From Squalus acanthias (Eukaryota): a DNA stretch of 64,000 nt. The stretch spans positions 32,056,001 to 32,120,000 of the forward strand of contig CM059432.1 of the NCBI GenBank assembly GCA_030390025.1, given 5' to 3'. The notes beneath the pieces are model-generated. The model ran no database searches. It saw nothing but the letters and a program-made list of their open reading frames with translations, and had not been told where the DNA came from. Each line of letters opens with the position of its first letter. Within the stretch, counting starts at the first letter, position 1. Made by a program: the position numbers and the translations under genes. This document shows, in pieces, positions 47,717 to 60,642 of this stretch.

Positions 47717-50219
47717 CCATGGTGAGAAATGTGAGGTGATACATTTTGGGAGGAAAAATAAGGAGATTAAATGTACAAATGGTAAAGGTTTAAAGGAAAT
47801 AGAAAAGCAGAAAGAGTTGGGGGTTCAGCTGTACAAGTTTTTAAAAGTAGGAGGACAAGGTTTCCTCAGCAGCACCACTCTAATCCGCTACCTCCACCAC
47901 CTAGAAGGACAAGGGCAGCACTAGCATGGGAACACCATCATCTCCAAGTTCAACTCCAAGTTACACACCACACCGACTTGGACATATATCGCCGTTCCTT
48001 TATCGTGGCTGCGTCAAAATCCTGGAGCTCACGGCATTGTGGGAGTACCTTCACCACATGGACTGCAGCAGTTCAAGAACACCCACCACCACCTTCTCAA
48101 AGGGAAACTAGGGATGTGCAGTAATTGCTGGCCTTGCCAGCAATACCCACATCTCAAGAGTGGATAATAAGAAGAAAAATAATATTTATTTGATGCCTTT
48201 TCTATATTTTGGAATCTACAGGGTTTTTTTTAATTTGTTCTTGGGATGTGGGAAACTCTGGCAAATCCCACATTTATCGCCCAACCCTAGTTGCCCTGAG
48301 GGCATTAAATCAAGCAGATATGCCAGGAATTTCCTCAGGGATTCTCCCGCTCTGCCTACGTGCGTAAGTGAGGTTTCCGCCAAACTTGCGCCAAATCAGT
48401 AGCGGCGCTGCAGGAGAAACCCCGAGCCAATTCTCAGCGACAGTAGAGTCACATTTAGCTCAGACCGGGTAGGGGTGACAGGCTTCCTCCCTGAAGGACA
48501 TTTGTTGGTTTTTTTTCTGACAATCCGGCAGCTTTCATGTTCATTGTTGTTTTTCTGGTGCCAGCACAAATGACCAGATTGCCAGTCTAGTGTCATAACC
48601 ACACCATTACTGTACCCATATTCGGCAATGAACTCGGCATTCTATTTTTTTTAATCTAAAAAGCAAGGGACTTTTTGCTGCTTTTTAAAAAATTGAAAAT
48701 GACTGCTTGCCATGCGGGAATTAATTATTGTTCTGTACAATTTAAAATTTCTTTCCCCAACAATAGATGATCTATTACTGGGAGAACAACATTTTAATTA
48801 ATTTCCTGTGTTTTTTAATTGTCTAATAGCAAATAGGGGATTCGGTCGCAGTCTCAGAAACCATAGAAACATTCCAGTCAGGGTAGCAGCCAGCAAATAT
48901 AGAACTGTGCACATTCCTTCGAATACTGCCCCTCCCCATGGCACTTGATGCTGCATTTCTATAAGGGTCTGGATAATGCTGATAGTCTCCTTCGTTGCTG
49001 CCCACCCCCCCACCGAATCGCAGCTCCCCGCTTTCTCTGTGCCCCCACCCTCGCTGTACACTGTGGGTGAGAATCCCAGATCTCAGGAGAATTCCCACAC
49101 ACAGTGTGCAGTGGTACTAATGTGGCGGATCGCCACCTAAACGGGCATAATCCACTTTTCCGTCCGTGGACAATATATCGAGCACCTTGCCTTTAAGGCA
49201 CCTTGCCTTTAAGGCAGGAGTAAAGGAGTGGGCGGGGCCTCAGGATTTTTCCAGAGAATTCTGGGAGCAGTCTTTTTCAGCCATTTTGGACCATGCAGTT
49301 GTATTAAAAAGCCTTTGTTTTCCCACACATGGATTCAGTCTTAATTCGTGTTTCGCGGCAGCCTCAACACTAAGTTACTTCCAACAGCAGCCACAAAAGG
49401 TAAGAGTCCACTGTGGGAGCACCTTCACCAACTGGACTGCAGCGTTCAGGAAGGCGACTAACCACCGCCTTCTCAAAGGGCCTCTAGGGAGGGGCAATAA
49501 TTGCCAGCCTTGCCAGCGATACCCACATCCCAAGAATGATTTTTTTTTTAAAACAACGCATTGTGAGGAGGATTCGACTTTGCCCTAATTTCGCCTGTCA
49601 ACATGGGCACATGGACAGCACCTCCCAAGGAACTGACTGCCCATGTCTAAGCTGGATGGTTGGCCTGTCGGAGTTTGGTTTGGAGACTCTTAAACACTGT
49701 CACCTCGGGGGAGGGGGAGCCTGGAGAAATTCCCAGAGTGTGATGGGTTCCTGCGTGTGTCAGAAACAAAAGAACATGTTGCTCTTTAATGTAACCGCTC
49801 CCTCTGCTGGCTGCTATGAGAAATTGAAATGTATGGGAGGTCTGAATTTGTAACAGATGGTCCATTCGCAGTAACTGATGTGTTGTGTCGCTGATATTCC
49901 TTTGTACATGAGTGTGTCGCAAACTATGAGCACAAAGTGCGATAGGAGGGGAATTCATGATCTATAATAGGAATGTTATGAAGACAGAAAATATAAATAA
50001 TGTAAGGTGTATTTTGAGGTTTTGTTTGAGTTAGCTTGCAGGGGAGGGGTTGGAGAAACTTGGTCAAACTTTTCCTTTGCAAGTGGATGGGGTAGAGTCC
50101 ATGATCCGGTGCATTGTATGGGGTGGGGAAGGAGAAGAGTTTAATACGACAGGCGTGCAAATCAGAATTCGGGCACAGAGGTCAGCACGTCACACTCACA
50201 GTTTACACAATTCATTTAA

Positions 50220-51530
50220 TTAGAATCATAGAATGATACAGCACAGAGGAGGCCATTATCCCATTATGCCTGTGCCGGCTCTTTGATAGAGCCATCCAAA
50301 TAGTCCCATTCCCCTGCTCTTCCTCCATAGCCCTGCAAATTTCTTCCCTTCAAGTATTTATCCAATTGCCTTTTGAAAGTTACTCTTGAATCTGCTTCCA
50401 CCACCCTTTCAGGCCGTGCATTCCAGATCACAACAACTCGCTGCGTAAAAAAAAGTTTCCTCATGTCACCTCTGGTTCTTTTGCCAATCACCTTAAATCT
50501 GTGTCCTCTGGTTACTGACCCTCCTGCCACTGGAAATAGTTTCTCCTTATTTACTCTATCAAAACCGTTCTTGATTTTGAACAGCTCTATCACATCTCCT
50601 CTTACCATTCTCTGCTCTAAGGAGAACAACCCCAGCTTCTTCAGTCTCTCCATATAACTGAAGTCATTAATCCCTGGTACCATTCTAGTAAATCTCTTCT
50701 GCACCCTCTCTAAGGCCTTGATATCCTTCCTAAAGTGTGGTGCCCAGAATTGAACACAATACTCCAGCTGAGGCCTAACCAGTGTTTTATAAAGGTTTAG
50801 CATAACTTCTTTGCTTTTGTATTCTATTCCTCTATTAATAAAGCCAAGGATCCCATATGCTTTTTCAACGGCCTTTTCAACTTGTCCTTCAAAGATTTGT
50901 GTACATACACCTCCAGGTCTCTCTGTTCCTGTACCCCCTTTAAGATTGTACCATTTTGTTTATATTGTCTCTCCTCATTCTCCTACCAAAATATATCACT
51001 TCACACTTCTCTGTGTTAAATTTCATCTGCCATGTATCTGTCCATTTCACCAGTCTGTTTATGTTCTCCTGAAGTCTGTACTCCTCATTGTTTTCTACAT
51101 TTCTGAGTTTCATGCCATCTGCAAACTTTGAAATTATTCCCTGTATACCCTAGTGCAGGTTATTAATATATATTAAACAATGCAGTGGTCCTAATACCGA
51201 CCCCTGGGGAACACCACTGTATAGTTCCCTCCAGTCTGAAGAACAACCATTCACCACTACTCTCAACTTTCTGTCCCTTAGCCAATGTTGTATCTACACT
51301 GCCACTGTCCCTTTAATCCTTTAATTTTTCTGACAAGTCTATTATGTAGTACTTTGTCAAACATCTTTTGAAAGTCCATATACACAACATCAACCGCAGT
51401 ACCCTCATCAACCCTCTCCGTTACTTCATCAAAGAACTCAATCAAATAGTAAAACACGATTTGCCTTTAACAAATCCATACTGACTTTCATTTATTAGTC
51501 CACACTTTTCCAAATGCCAATTAATTTTGC
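50220..51530 (-). mobile_element. CR1 LINE fragment, same subfamily as 15203-16395
   Basis: ORF 50264..50803; ATTCTATG-type tail at 50221-50236. Confidence 0.9.
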
Positions 51531-51874
51531 CAATTAAATTGACAGAATATTGTGTGCGAATCGGGCCTGATGACCTCCACATCCGAATTCCTGATACACG
51601 CTCTCACTGTGCGAATCACTGCAACAAGAGCACTGAATTGGGAAACTTGCTACCGGAGCTGTGGAAGGAACAGGCTTGAAGAAGCTAAAGGGCCCTTTCT
51701 CATCCGTGCTGTCTTGTGTTGAGGGACATGCATTGATAGCTGTAATGTGAGTAAAGGCCAATTCTTCCATTGCACAAACTCTCTGTTTCACTCTTCCCCA
51801 TTGAGTATCTACACTCTACCTTGCTTTTCCCCTATTGTGTAAACTCCTCCATCACAGTCCATGTACCATCTTAC

Positions 51875-51990
51875 CTAGCCACCAGCTTCGAGACCGACAG
51901 GCTGCTCGAATCGTGGTCACAGATGTTTGAGGATTCAGTAGAGAGGCCCAGTAGTGACTGGGTCCGCCTCAGTTTGTCCTTGTTCTCCAT
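51875..51990 (-). CDS. XIRP1: XIRP1 first coding exon of the long isoform (MENKDKLRRTQSLLGLS..SLSVSKLVAR); the exon includes 5'UTR up to 52035
   Basis: Acceptor ttattttctgatttcag| at 52036-52038; ATG in ACAAAATGG (A at -3, G at +4); donor GCTAG|gtaaga; 116 coding nt, phase 2. Confidence 0.78.
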
Positions 51991-52707
51991 TTTGTATGTT
52001 ACAGAAGGTCAATTCAATTCTTCAGTGTTAGTTGACTGAAATCAGAAAATAAATAAGGCATTTGGTTAATGCTTTAGTGGCTCTGCCTTCACCAGCAGGA
52101 GACGCGATAGATGGAATCACCGATGAAATATTCATAAAAGGGACACAGTGAAACCATCATTCTGGCCAAATCACCATTTCAGAGTAAAAATCAGGCATTT
52201 TCTACAATGGGCTCGCCAGGCTACCATCCATGAGGGGAAGTTCACATTACCACACCGAGATTTGCGTGGTTTCCCATGGGACATTTACTTGCCCTTATCA
52301 CATCCCCTACTTATAAGTTAGTCTCAGAGCTTCAACTGCTGATATACCTGACAAAAATATTCGACAAAAAAATTAAACAGATGGATACAAAATTGAAAGA
52401 CTCTTCCTCTTGAAGTGATTTTTAAGAATTAACTCTGATGGAGCCATGTGGGTAGAAACTGGTTTGCATTGCACCCATTTTTCAGGCTTAAATGGACGCA
52501 AATCATACCAATTTAGCAGTGGGACGGCCTGTGCCCAATCTGCACAGGCATTGAACCTAGCACCATCAGGGACAGGCAGTAAATGCAGCTCACAACTCAA
52601 GTGTGAAAAGAAAGTTCCCCACGTACAGACGGAAACTTTGAATTCAATTAAAAGTGAAAATGCAGTTTGGTCAGCGTCTGAAAGAGAAAGGAACGACTGA
52701 GTACTGT

Positions 52708-54683
52708 GACCGGAATTTTCCCTACCTGGGTGGGTCCGGTGCGGGCGGTGGCCATGGCGGGTCGCGACCCCGTTGCTGGCTCCATCCTGCTGCACATAAC
52801 GGCCGTGAATTTGCCAGCGCTCAGAGTGCGGGTTTGGAGGCGGGTCAGCTGTCAAAATAGCAAAGATTGACAGCAGGTAGTAAACCCGCTGTCAACCCGC
52901 CTCCACGCGAGTCTCCCAGGTGTCGTGTCTGTCAGCGCAGAACCGACCCGACACCAAGTGGCGGGGGATACAACTGAGCTTGTTAAATGGCTTGTTAAGA
53001 GCCAATTTAATACTATTTTGAGGCTTCCTTGCAATTTTACGGTCTCCCCCACGGGTTACCCGCTGCTCGGGGTACACGCCAGCTCACCCTGGTGTGAGTT
53101 GAGTCTGTTCTGATGTTTCTGATAAGCTGACAGCTGCAGAAGTGGTGTCAAGGATGCCATGTTACAGATGGTCAGTTTCAGAGCGCAGAAAATGTTGGTT
53201 ACTGCATTTGTAATACATATAGAGATTTCTTTAGCTTACAAGTTTTTAGATCCAATTGTATGTCCAGTGCCACCTCATTGGAACAACCTCTCTCACCATT
53301 GACAGATCGCTTCTGTCATCTCACCTGCAGCTGCCATCTATTGCAGCAACATCGGAGCCCTTGAAAAAATCAGACCTTGGTCCTCCGAATACTTCCACGA
53401 TCAGCCCCAACACCACTATCACCAGGTACACCAACATCACCAACAACATCACCAACCTTCTCTGCCATCACCTGATGCTGCACAGGACACAGGGCATCAG
53501 CCCCTGACAACATTGCTGCCCGGGAGACCAGCGATGGCATCACCATGGCCAGATTTACTTCACTTGATGCTGTTAACCCTGGCTGCGACATGATGCGCCA
53601 GGTTGACACCATCCCACACCAGCACCGTGAAGCATCCCTTTAATGTCCAAGCCATTCCATGCACTCACATCACTATGGAGCGGGGGTGGGGGGAGTTATG
53701 TCTGAGCATTCACTGGAACTCAGTAAGACACTTCTCAAGGTGTGCTCAGATCTGTCCAATAAGGGGCAGTTTTGGAAAAATAGATTTCACTGTATGACAG
53801 CACATTATCAGAAACTTCACATGGACATTGGCTAAACCTCTCTAGTGCCTACCCTTGTGTGTTGTTAGTTGGAATGCTTGCAGTAGGATGAGGGTGAGTG
53901 TGAGCGGTGGCTAGTGAGATAGGCAAGTGATAAAGTAGATAGAGAGGGTTGGGTGGAGTGCAAGGTAAGTTGGTGTGAGTAAGGATGTGCAGGAGTAGGG
54001 TAGGGAAGTCAGAGTGATGGGGATGTGTTGAGTGGCACAGCAGGGTGAGTTTGAATGTGGCTTTGCAGTAACATTTTGTGATCCACTGAGATCATTGAAA
54101 GGTTGGCGCCACTGCAGCCAGGTCTTCCTGATGACATCCCTGCTTTTGCCCTCCTGTGCAATGTGCAACCAGGCAGCGTTGGTGTCTTGGGGAGGTCTCT
54201 TCCGCCTTTGGAAGGGAAGAGAACCTCCCTGCGTGCTGTGACTCCCTCCATAAGCATCATTGGAGAGCCTGGGTGCAAGCATCCACCTTTGTGCAGTGCT
54301 TGTCAGTGTTGGCTGCACCTCAATGCTGTCAAACACTGACAGAACAACTGTCAAACTCAATGTAGACGTGGTCCCTTTAAGGAAACCGGCTGATGACGCG
54401 TAATCAAATGATGTCATCAGACCCGCTTTCCTGTTAATTGGCCGGGAAGCCCGCAGGGTGGGTTTAACAAGGCCAATCAAGGGAAACTCCCGTTTACAGA
54501 GCAGCTGCAGCCAGGATCGCCCGCCTCTGCCGGTCGGGTCGCTGCCACACCGGCAAACGCGCCTGAGGGAAAGGTGCGTGGGGGCGGGATGACGGTGGGT
54601 TCGCAACCCGCTGCAAGAAATTTCAACTTTCCCACCTGACCTGCCTCCGATCGCGCCCGCACGGACCCCAGAAAATTCCGGCC
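52708..54683. mobile_element. Composite Harbinger-type element: short outer MITE plus inner ~52800-54630 element with a Myb/SANT-like gene relic (minus strand)
   Basis: Outer TIRs GACCGGAATTTTC / GAAAATTCCGGCC with TGT flanks; inner ORF 53911..54606 has AWLHIAQE..RKTWLQWRQPFNDL. Confidence 0.7.
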
Positions 54684-55649
54684 TGTGTGTGGGACTCCTT
54701 GCAAGAGCCCACTTTGGCTTCTGATGAAAGAGTCACGCCCATATCATTCTCAGGTGGTGTCTGGCCTGCTGTATGCTTCCAATATTTTCTGTTTCTATTT
54801 TTATCTTTGCTGAGTGTAACAAGCAAATCTAAAAAGCAATAGATGGGCTCAAATGCAAATATTGATGCATTTCATAAAACTCAAAGTAGCTTCCTGTCCT
54901 AAACAATGAAAGGGCTATTGCTGGTACTCTGGAGTCACATGTCTACCCAGGTATAATCTAGGGTGACGCTCTTGCACTGATGGAGTGCTGCATTGTCAGA
55001 GGTCCAATCCTTTAATATTGGAATATTACAGCACAGACTCTGACCACCAGTAACCCTAAGATCTCAAGTACAAATCTCACCATGAAATTGAATTCAATAA
55101 ATCTGGTAATCTGTGAAAAAAGAACTGTGAAAGTTGCTAGATTGTTGCGAGCATGATCCCCCCTCCACCCCCACTCATGGCATCAATTTGAGCTCTCGGC
55201 TATTTTAACTCCCGGGCCTTATTTACATCCTGCCGGCCAGCTGTCCCCCCAACTCCCCCTCCCCAGAACCCCCCCAACCACCCCAGACATAAAGAGGCAG
55301 ATATCTGGATTCTTGCTCCCCTTGGCCCCATAAAGGGAATTTTTTGGGGCTTCATCCCCGACAGAGTTTACTGTGGGTGACCCGCTTAGTCAGTGGTTAA
55401 ATCATAGGACCCCGATTCGCAAGTATGAATGAGGCTACTCACTGCCTGAGTCAGGCAGGTGCCTTGGTTGCCTAAAAGAAGGGCCGAATTAAAGCGGTGA
55501 CAGGTGGGTATGGAGCAGTGACGGGCAAAAAATCTTTGGAGACGATTTTAACTGTGCTGCTGCCCATTCCTGCTGGGTGGGTTAAAATCGCCCCTCCAAT
55601 ATTTACTTATTGTCCATCCCCATGGCGCACTACGAGAAGGATGGCAAGG

Positions 55650-55975
55650 CACAGAGGGGTACGGCCACAACCCTCCATGGCATAGGAGGAGGATGACCAC
55701 CATTCCCCAAGGCACAGGCAGATGGCTGGGCACAATCCCTAGAGCAGCAAAGGAGATCTGGGCACAACCCCGCCGCACAGCATGGGAAGGTTGGATCTGA
55801 CACCACAGAGTAACTTGGGAAGGTTGGGTCTGACCACACAGGACAGCATGGGAAGGTTGGCTTCAACTCCACATGACATAATGGGAAGGTAGGCCTCAGC
55901 CCAATAGGGCAGCATGGGGAGTTTGGCATTGGCCCCACAGAGCATCATGGGAAAGTTAGCCTTGCCCCCACAGAG
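55650..55975. repeat. Degenerate 33-bp tandem repeat
   Basis: C(A/T)TGGGAAGG recurs at 55781, 55814 and 55847 (period 33). Confidence 0.7.
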
Positions 55976-56087
55976 CAAAACAAAAACACAGTTCAATGGA
56001 TACCAGAGCAAAAATGACAGCTGAAAATGGGGCAAATGAAATATAAATATCAATAAAAATGTTGAACGTGTGAGTGAGAGAGTGACT

Positions 56088-56820
56088 AGGGACGATTTAC
56101 ATCTCTGTTTTTCGGGCAGGAACAGGACAGTAGTGCAGCTAAAATGGCAGTGTGCTACCTACCACCGCACTCCCACTGCCAATCTACCCCTGCCATTCAC
56201 CCCTCACTCTCACACAGTTGGGTGAATTTTCATATGTCCAATTCCGGCAGGCAAGCGATGGATGTTCCAAGCCTGCTGCCCACCCAATGGAGCGAGGCCC
56301 AACCTGTTGAATAATCTCTGCGAGCTGCCAACACTGAACCAGTGCTGACAGGCAGCTTGCGACCAGAGTGGGTGGGGGGCGGAGGGGTGGGGGACGAGAA
56401 ATCCTGCAGCTCCTCCACAGGACCGAGCTGGAAATGTTCCCGCAAAGGACAGCAGGTAATTCTGGGGAGGGTGCACAAAGAGACCGGCAGTGGATTAGGG
56501 CACTACTGCTTCTCCTGACCCCACAAAAATCATTTAAAAAACTTTGACTTACTATTTTCTGAGCGGCCTGCAGCAGCAGTTAGGGACTGCTGATTAGGCA
56601 CACGCTCTGCCCATTGGTACCTAAAAATTGCATCAGGATCCTATGTACCTCACGGGACATCATTTGCATACTTTAATGAGGCGCCCACCTCCCATGTCCA
56701 GGATCAGGCGGAAATAACGGTGGGCAGATCACCCGCAGGAACTGGGCAGTGAGTAGCGCATTGCCGTTTTTCCTGAGCTACTGGCCGTTCTCGACTGAAA
56801 ATGGGATAAAAATCGACCCC
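56088..56820. mobile_element. Degenerate MITE-like element
   Basis: Imperfect termini GGGACGATTTACATC / GATAAAAATCGACCCC; GC-rich interior. Confidence 0.4.
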
Positions 56821-57064
56821 TGCATATAATGGAGAGTGACTGTGTCAGAGCTGGAATTGGGGGTTGGTAGGGTTGGAATTCTGGAATGATTAACTGAATT
56901 GGATGAAGGACTTTCATCTGAACTGATCCTTTGAATAATTAGGTCAATTTTTTCGTCAGTTGTGTAACAGAGCTATGTTAACCTGCACAACGTCTTTAAA
57001 TTCTTTAACCAAACGCAGTCCTGAGTAAGTCAATAAAAGTATTTGCATTCTGTACTTTCATTCT

Positions 57065-57929
57065 GGGGGGAATTTTGCCAGCGCTCAGGGGGCGGGTTTG
57101 GAGGCGGGACATCTGTCAAAATCACAAAGATTGACAGCGGGTCAGAAACTCGCTGTCAACCCGCCTCCAGACAATCTTTCCAAGTGTCGGGTCCCCGATT
57201 TGCACATGGACCCGACACCTAGCGGCGGGAAGAAGATTATAGGGACTTAACTGCCTGTTAACAGGCGGTTAAGAGGCTTTTTGCAATTTTGACAGGTCTA
57301 CTGCGGGCATCCCGATGTCCGGACACCACGCCAGGTAAGTGTGGCGTGCTGTGGGTCTACTGTAATGTTTATGCATTGATGACAGCTGCAGAAGTGGTGT
57401 GAAGGATCCAATGGTACACTGGTGAGTTTCAGAGGTAAGAAAATGTTGGGAAAATCATTTTTAATGTATTTAGACTTTTCTGTAGGTGAAAGTTTTGAAT
57501 TGTTTGTGTAGTCCCATCTCATTGGGAGAACCTCTCTCACCAGTAACAGGTCGCTTCTGTAACCTCACCTGCAGATGCCATCTGTTCTAGCCTAAGGAGG
57601 GAGTCATTGGAGAGCCTGGGTACAAGGGCTCACCTTTGTACAGTGATTGTCAGTGTTTGCAGAACCTCAATGCTGTCAAACACTGAAAAATCAGCTGTCA
57701 AAAAAATTGTGTGTGGCCCCTTTAAGAGAACCAGCAGCTGACGCATCATCAACTGACGTCATCTGACACCGGCTTCCTCTTAATTGGCCGGCAAGCACGC
57801 AGGGCAGGGCTTAACAAGGCCAATTGACTCAAGATCGCGTCTGTGCATCGGACGTCGTTGGGGGCGGGACTGGAACCCAGAAGGCAGCTGTCCCACCCCC
57901 AAGCCGCATCGGCCGATAAAATTGAGCCC
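57065..57929. mobile_element. Internally deleted relative of the 52800-54630 Harbinger element
   Basis: 57070-57575 parallels 52807-53340 and 57605-57825 parallels 54257-54480; the middle is missing. Confidence 0.7.
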
Positions 57930-58417
57930 TTTGCGTCTCTAGATTTGGGCCCAGAAATTGGATATAGCCAAGAAATGGGCAGTGTTAAGACTAAATGAGG
58001 TTAAGCTGCGTCACCAGAAAATGGTGCTCACCCTTCATCAACATGATTGTAGTCATGATTTCAGCGCTAAAACTGATGCTCATTGGCTTTACACTGAACA
58101 GGTGACCGGTGGGCACCACAGGGACTGGAGTGCATCATCACCCCCGGCAACCAGATTTTTATTTAATTTGTTAAGTTTCATTTAATGTATTTTTGTTAAG
58201 CTACAGTTTATTTGTTTATTGATCGTACCCAAAAGAGTACACTGAACAGGTGGACCAATATCGGGACCAGTCTAATTCATGGTCATGATTGCCACAGGCT
58301 TTTCCCACTACTTAAAGGGGAGATGCATTAATGCTGCAGCACCTCATTGTCAGAGTGGTTGGGTGTTCAGCAAAGTAAAGAAGCTTCAGGACAAGGAACA
58401 GACAGTTACCAGTCGTT

Positions 58418-60446
58418 ATGGCAGAATCTAGACGGAGGGAGAGAGCCCGTAAGTTCTCCGATAAAGCTCTGCAGACATTGGTATTTGTGGTGGAGAGAGG
58501 CAGGCAGTCCTATACCTGCAAACCGGCAGGAAGCTCTCACAACACACATCCCAGACCGGGTGGCGTGAGATCGCGGACCATGTCACAGCCAGCACTGAGG
58601 TCCCCAGGACTCAAACCCAGTGCAGGAAGAAGTTTAATGACCTCACACAGGTGGCCAAGGTGAGTGAAGGCTTCAGCAAATGCCACATGCCACCAAGCTT
58701 CCCACACTGCTCAATGCACCAAACCCCCCACAGCTCACAAATCAACAATCTCTACCGATCAACACTCACACCCACATCTCACACCTTGCACACAATGGCA
58801 GCTATTCAACTATGGCAGGCATATCACCCAAACGCATTGCACGAAACTCACTCACACACTTCTCTTTCCATTGCAGGCCAAAGTCGCAGGCAGAAAGGTG
58901 CAAGAGTCAGGTTGTGGTGAGGGCAGGAAGCCAGAAAATGCATGCATACAGCATGAGTAGCTTGAAAGTGAGAAAAAATTCTGTGCTGAGGGGGAAGTGG
59001 GATGTGAGAAGAAGGGAGCAGGAGCAAACAGGTGGGTGCCAGGCAGCCTTTCAACAGCTAAGCCAGCTCGAGGAGAGAGTACTGGAGATCATTGGGCATC
59101 ACGTGGTAGAAGCCATGGCCACCAGCGAGGATGAACCTAATCCTTCTTCTCACATCCCACTTCCCCCTCTGCACACAATCTTTTCTCATTTTCAAGCTAC
59201 TCATGCTGTATGCATGCATTCCTGGCATCCCCCAACCACCTCCCCTTCCCCACCCCGCCCCAACCCACCACCCTCACCATAACCTGACTCTTGTGTCTTG
59301 GTGCTTTCAGTAATCAACGAGCAGCCTGTCCCCGAGGGCACCACCAAGAACGAGGGGGGAGAAGAAGAGGAGAAAGAAGACACCCCGTCACTGCATCTCT
59401 CACTCCCAGACACCAGCTCAGAAACTGGCACTACGTGAACATTAGAGGCTTCTGTAGAAGTGGGATCTACACGGGTGAGGCACCGGGCACGGGTGAGGCA
59501 CCGGGCACGGGTGAGGCACCGGGCACGGGTGAGGCACCGGGCACGGGTGGGTGGCGGCAAGGTCAGGGGGAAAGCGTACCTCAGGGACCAGCTTCCTGGA
59601 GGGCGAGTTCGCACACGAGTTCTGCTGCACAGGACTCAGATGAGGACCCCGCTGGGGAGGCCTTCAGAAGAAGGATGATGGGCAAGCACGCAGAAATGAT
59701 AGGTGCAATGGCAAGGCTGTCAGAGAGCCTCTCGGCAATGTCAAGGAGCGTGGAGGATTGCGCCTCCAACATTGCACGGGGCTCGGTGCAGAGCATGGAG
59801 CCGAGGATTTCCAGCCTGGAAATGTTCGTACACTCCGAGAGACCGTGTCGACCCAGACGTGATGACGCGCCTGATGGGTGATGTTGCAGTTTCCATTGCA
59901 GCACAGGCGGAAACGACCCAATGTCTTCGTGCTGCAGCGGAAGCTCAAACTGCTCTCATGCAGTCTCAGCGTGATGCTACCCAAGCTCAGTGTGCTCTGA
60001 TGTAATCCCAGCTGGAAGCCTCTGACTGCTGCCATCGTGGCTGCGTTTGCCATCTTCGACCGGGGCTTGCAGGGTGTTGCAGCAGCTCAGCAATCTGTGC
60101 TCCAACAGACTGCTAAGAGTGCTGAGGTGCTGCCCCGGGGGAGTGGCAGTTGTCAGTGGAGCAGGACCCTGCCGTCCTCTCTCAGGATGACAGCATTCCT
60201 GTTCCCACCACTGCCACTCCGCCATTGCCCTTGCCGCTGCCTGTTAGCCAGCCAGCCCAGACTGCTGCCACCCATGCCGAGGTGGTGCAGTCTACAGCCG
60301 GGCCTTCTAGGTCCAGAGCTGCTCGAGTTCATCCTGCAAGGCCATCTGAAGTCTCCCGCATGGAAACACAGCAGCCTTCCACCCGCCGAGCTGCAGCCAC
60401 TGGTGGAGCACTTCGTAGGACCGCAAGGTTAGGAAAACCCACATGA
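58418..60446 (+). pseudogene. Harbinger Myb/SANT-like (trihelix) DNA-binding protein gene, intron-containing, disrupted
   Basis: RERARKFSDKALQTLV, then in another frame WREIADHVTAS..RTQTQCRKKFNDLTQVAK|gtgagt (58660); later TGG..LSQLEERVLEIIG. Confidence 0.75.
59470..59549. repeat. 18-bp perfect tandem repeat x4.4
   Basis: CACGGGTGAGGCACCGGG, read as TGEAPG in ORF 59291..59881. Confidence 0.95.
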
Positions 60447-60642
60447 AAGACAGATACTAAGGGATTGCACAAGGGTGATGAGTTAATAGTATTATTGTAA
60501 ATATGTCATGTGAATATTGATCAATTTATTAATTTTGTTTGGAATCTTTTGTGGTGTCTCATTTCAGCTTTGTGCCCAGGAGAAGGATGTAATATTCCGT
60601 GAGAGGAATGGTATGGTGAGCAAAGGGGATCTGGGGTTTCAT

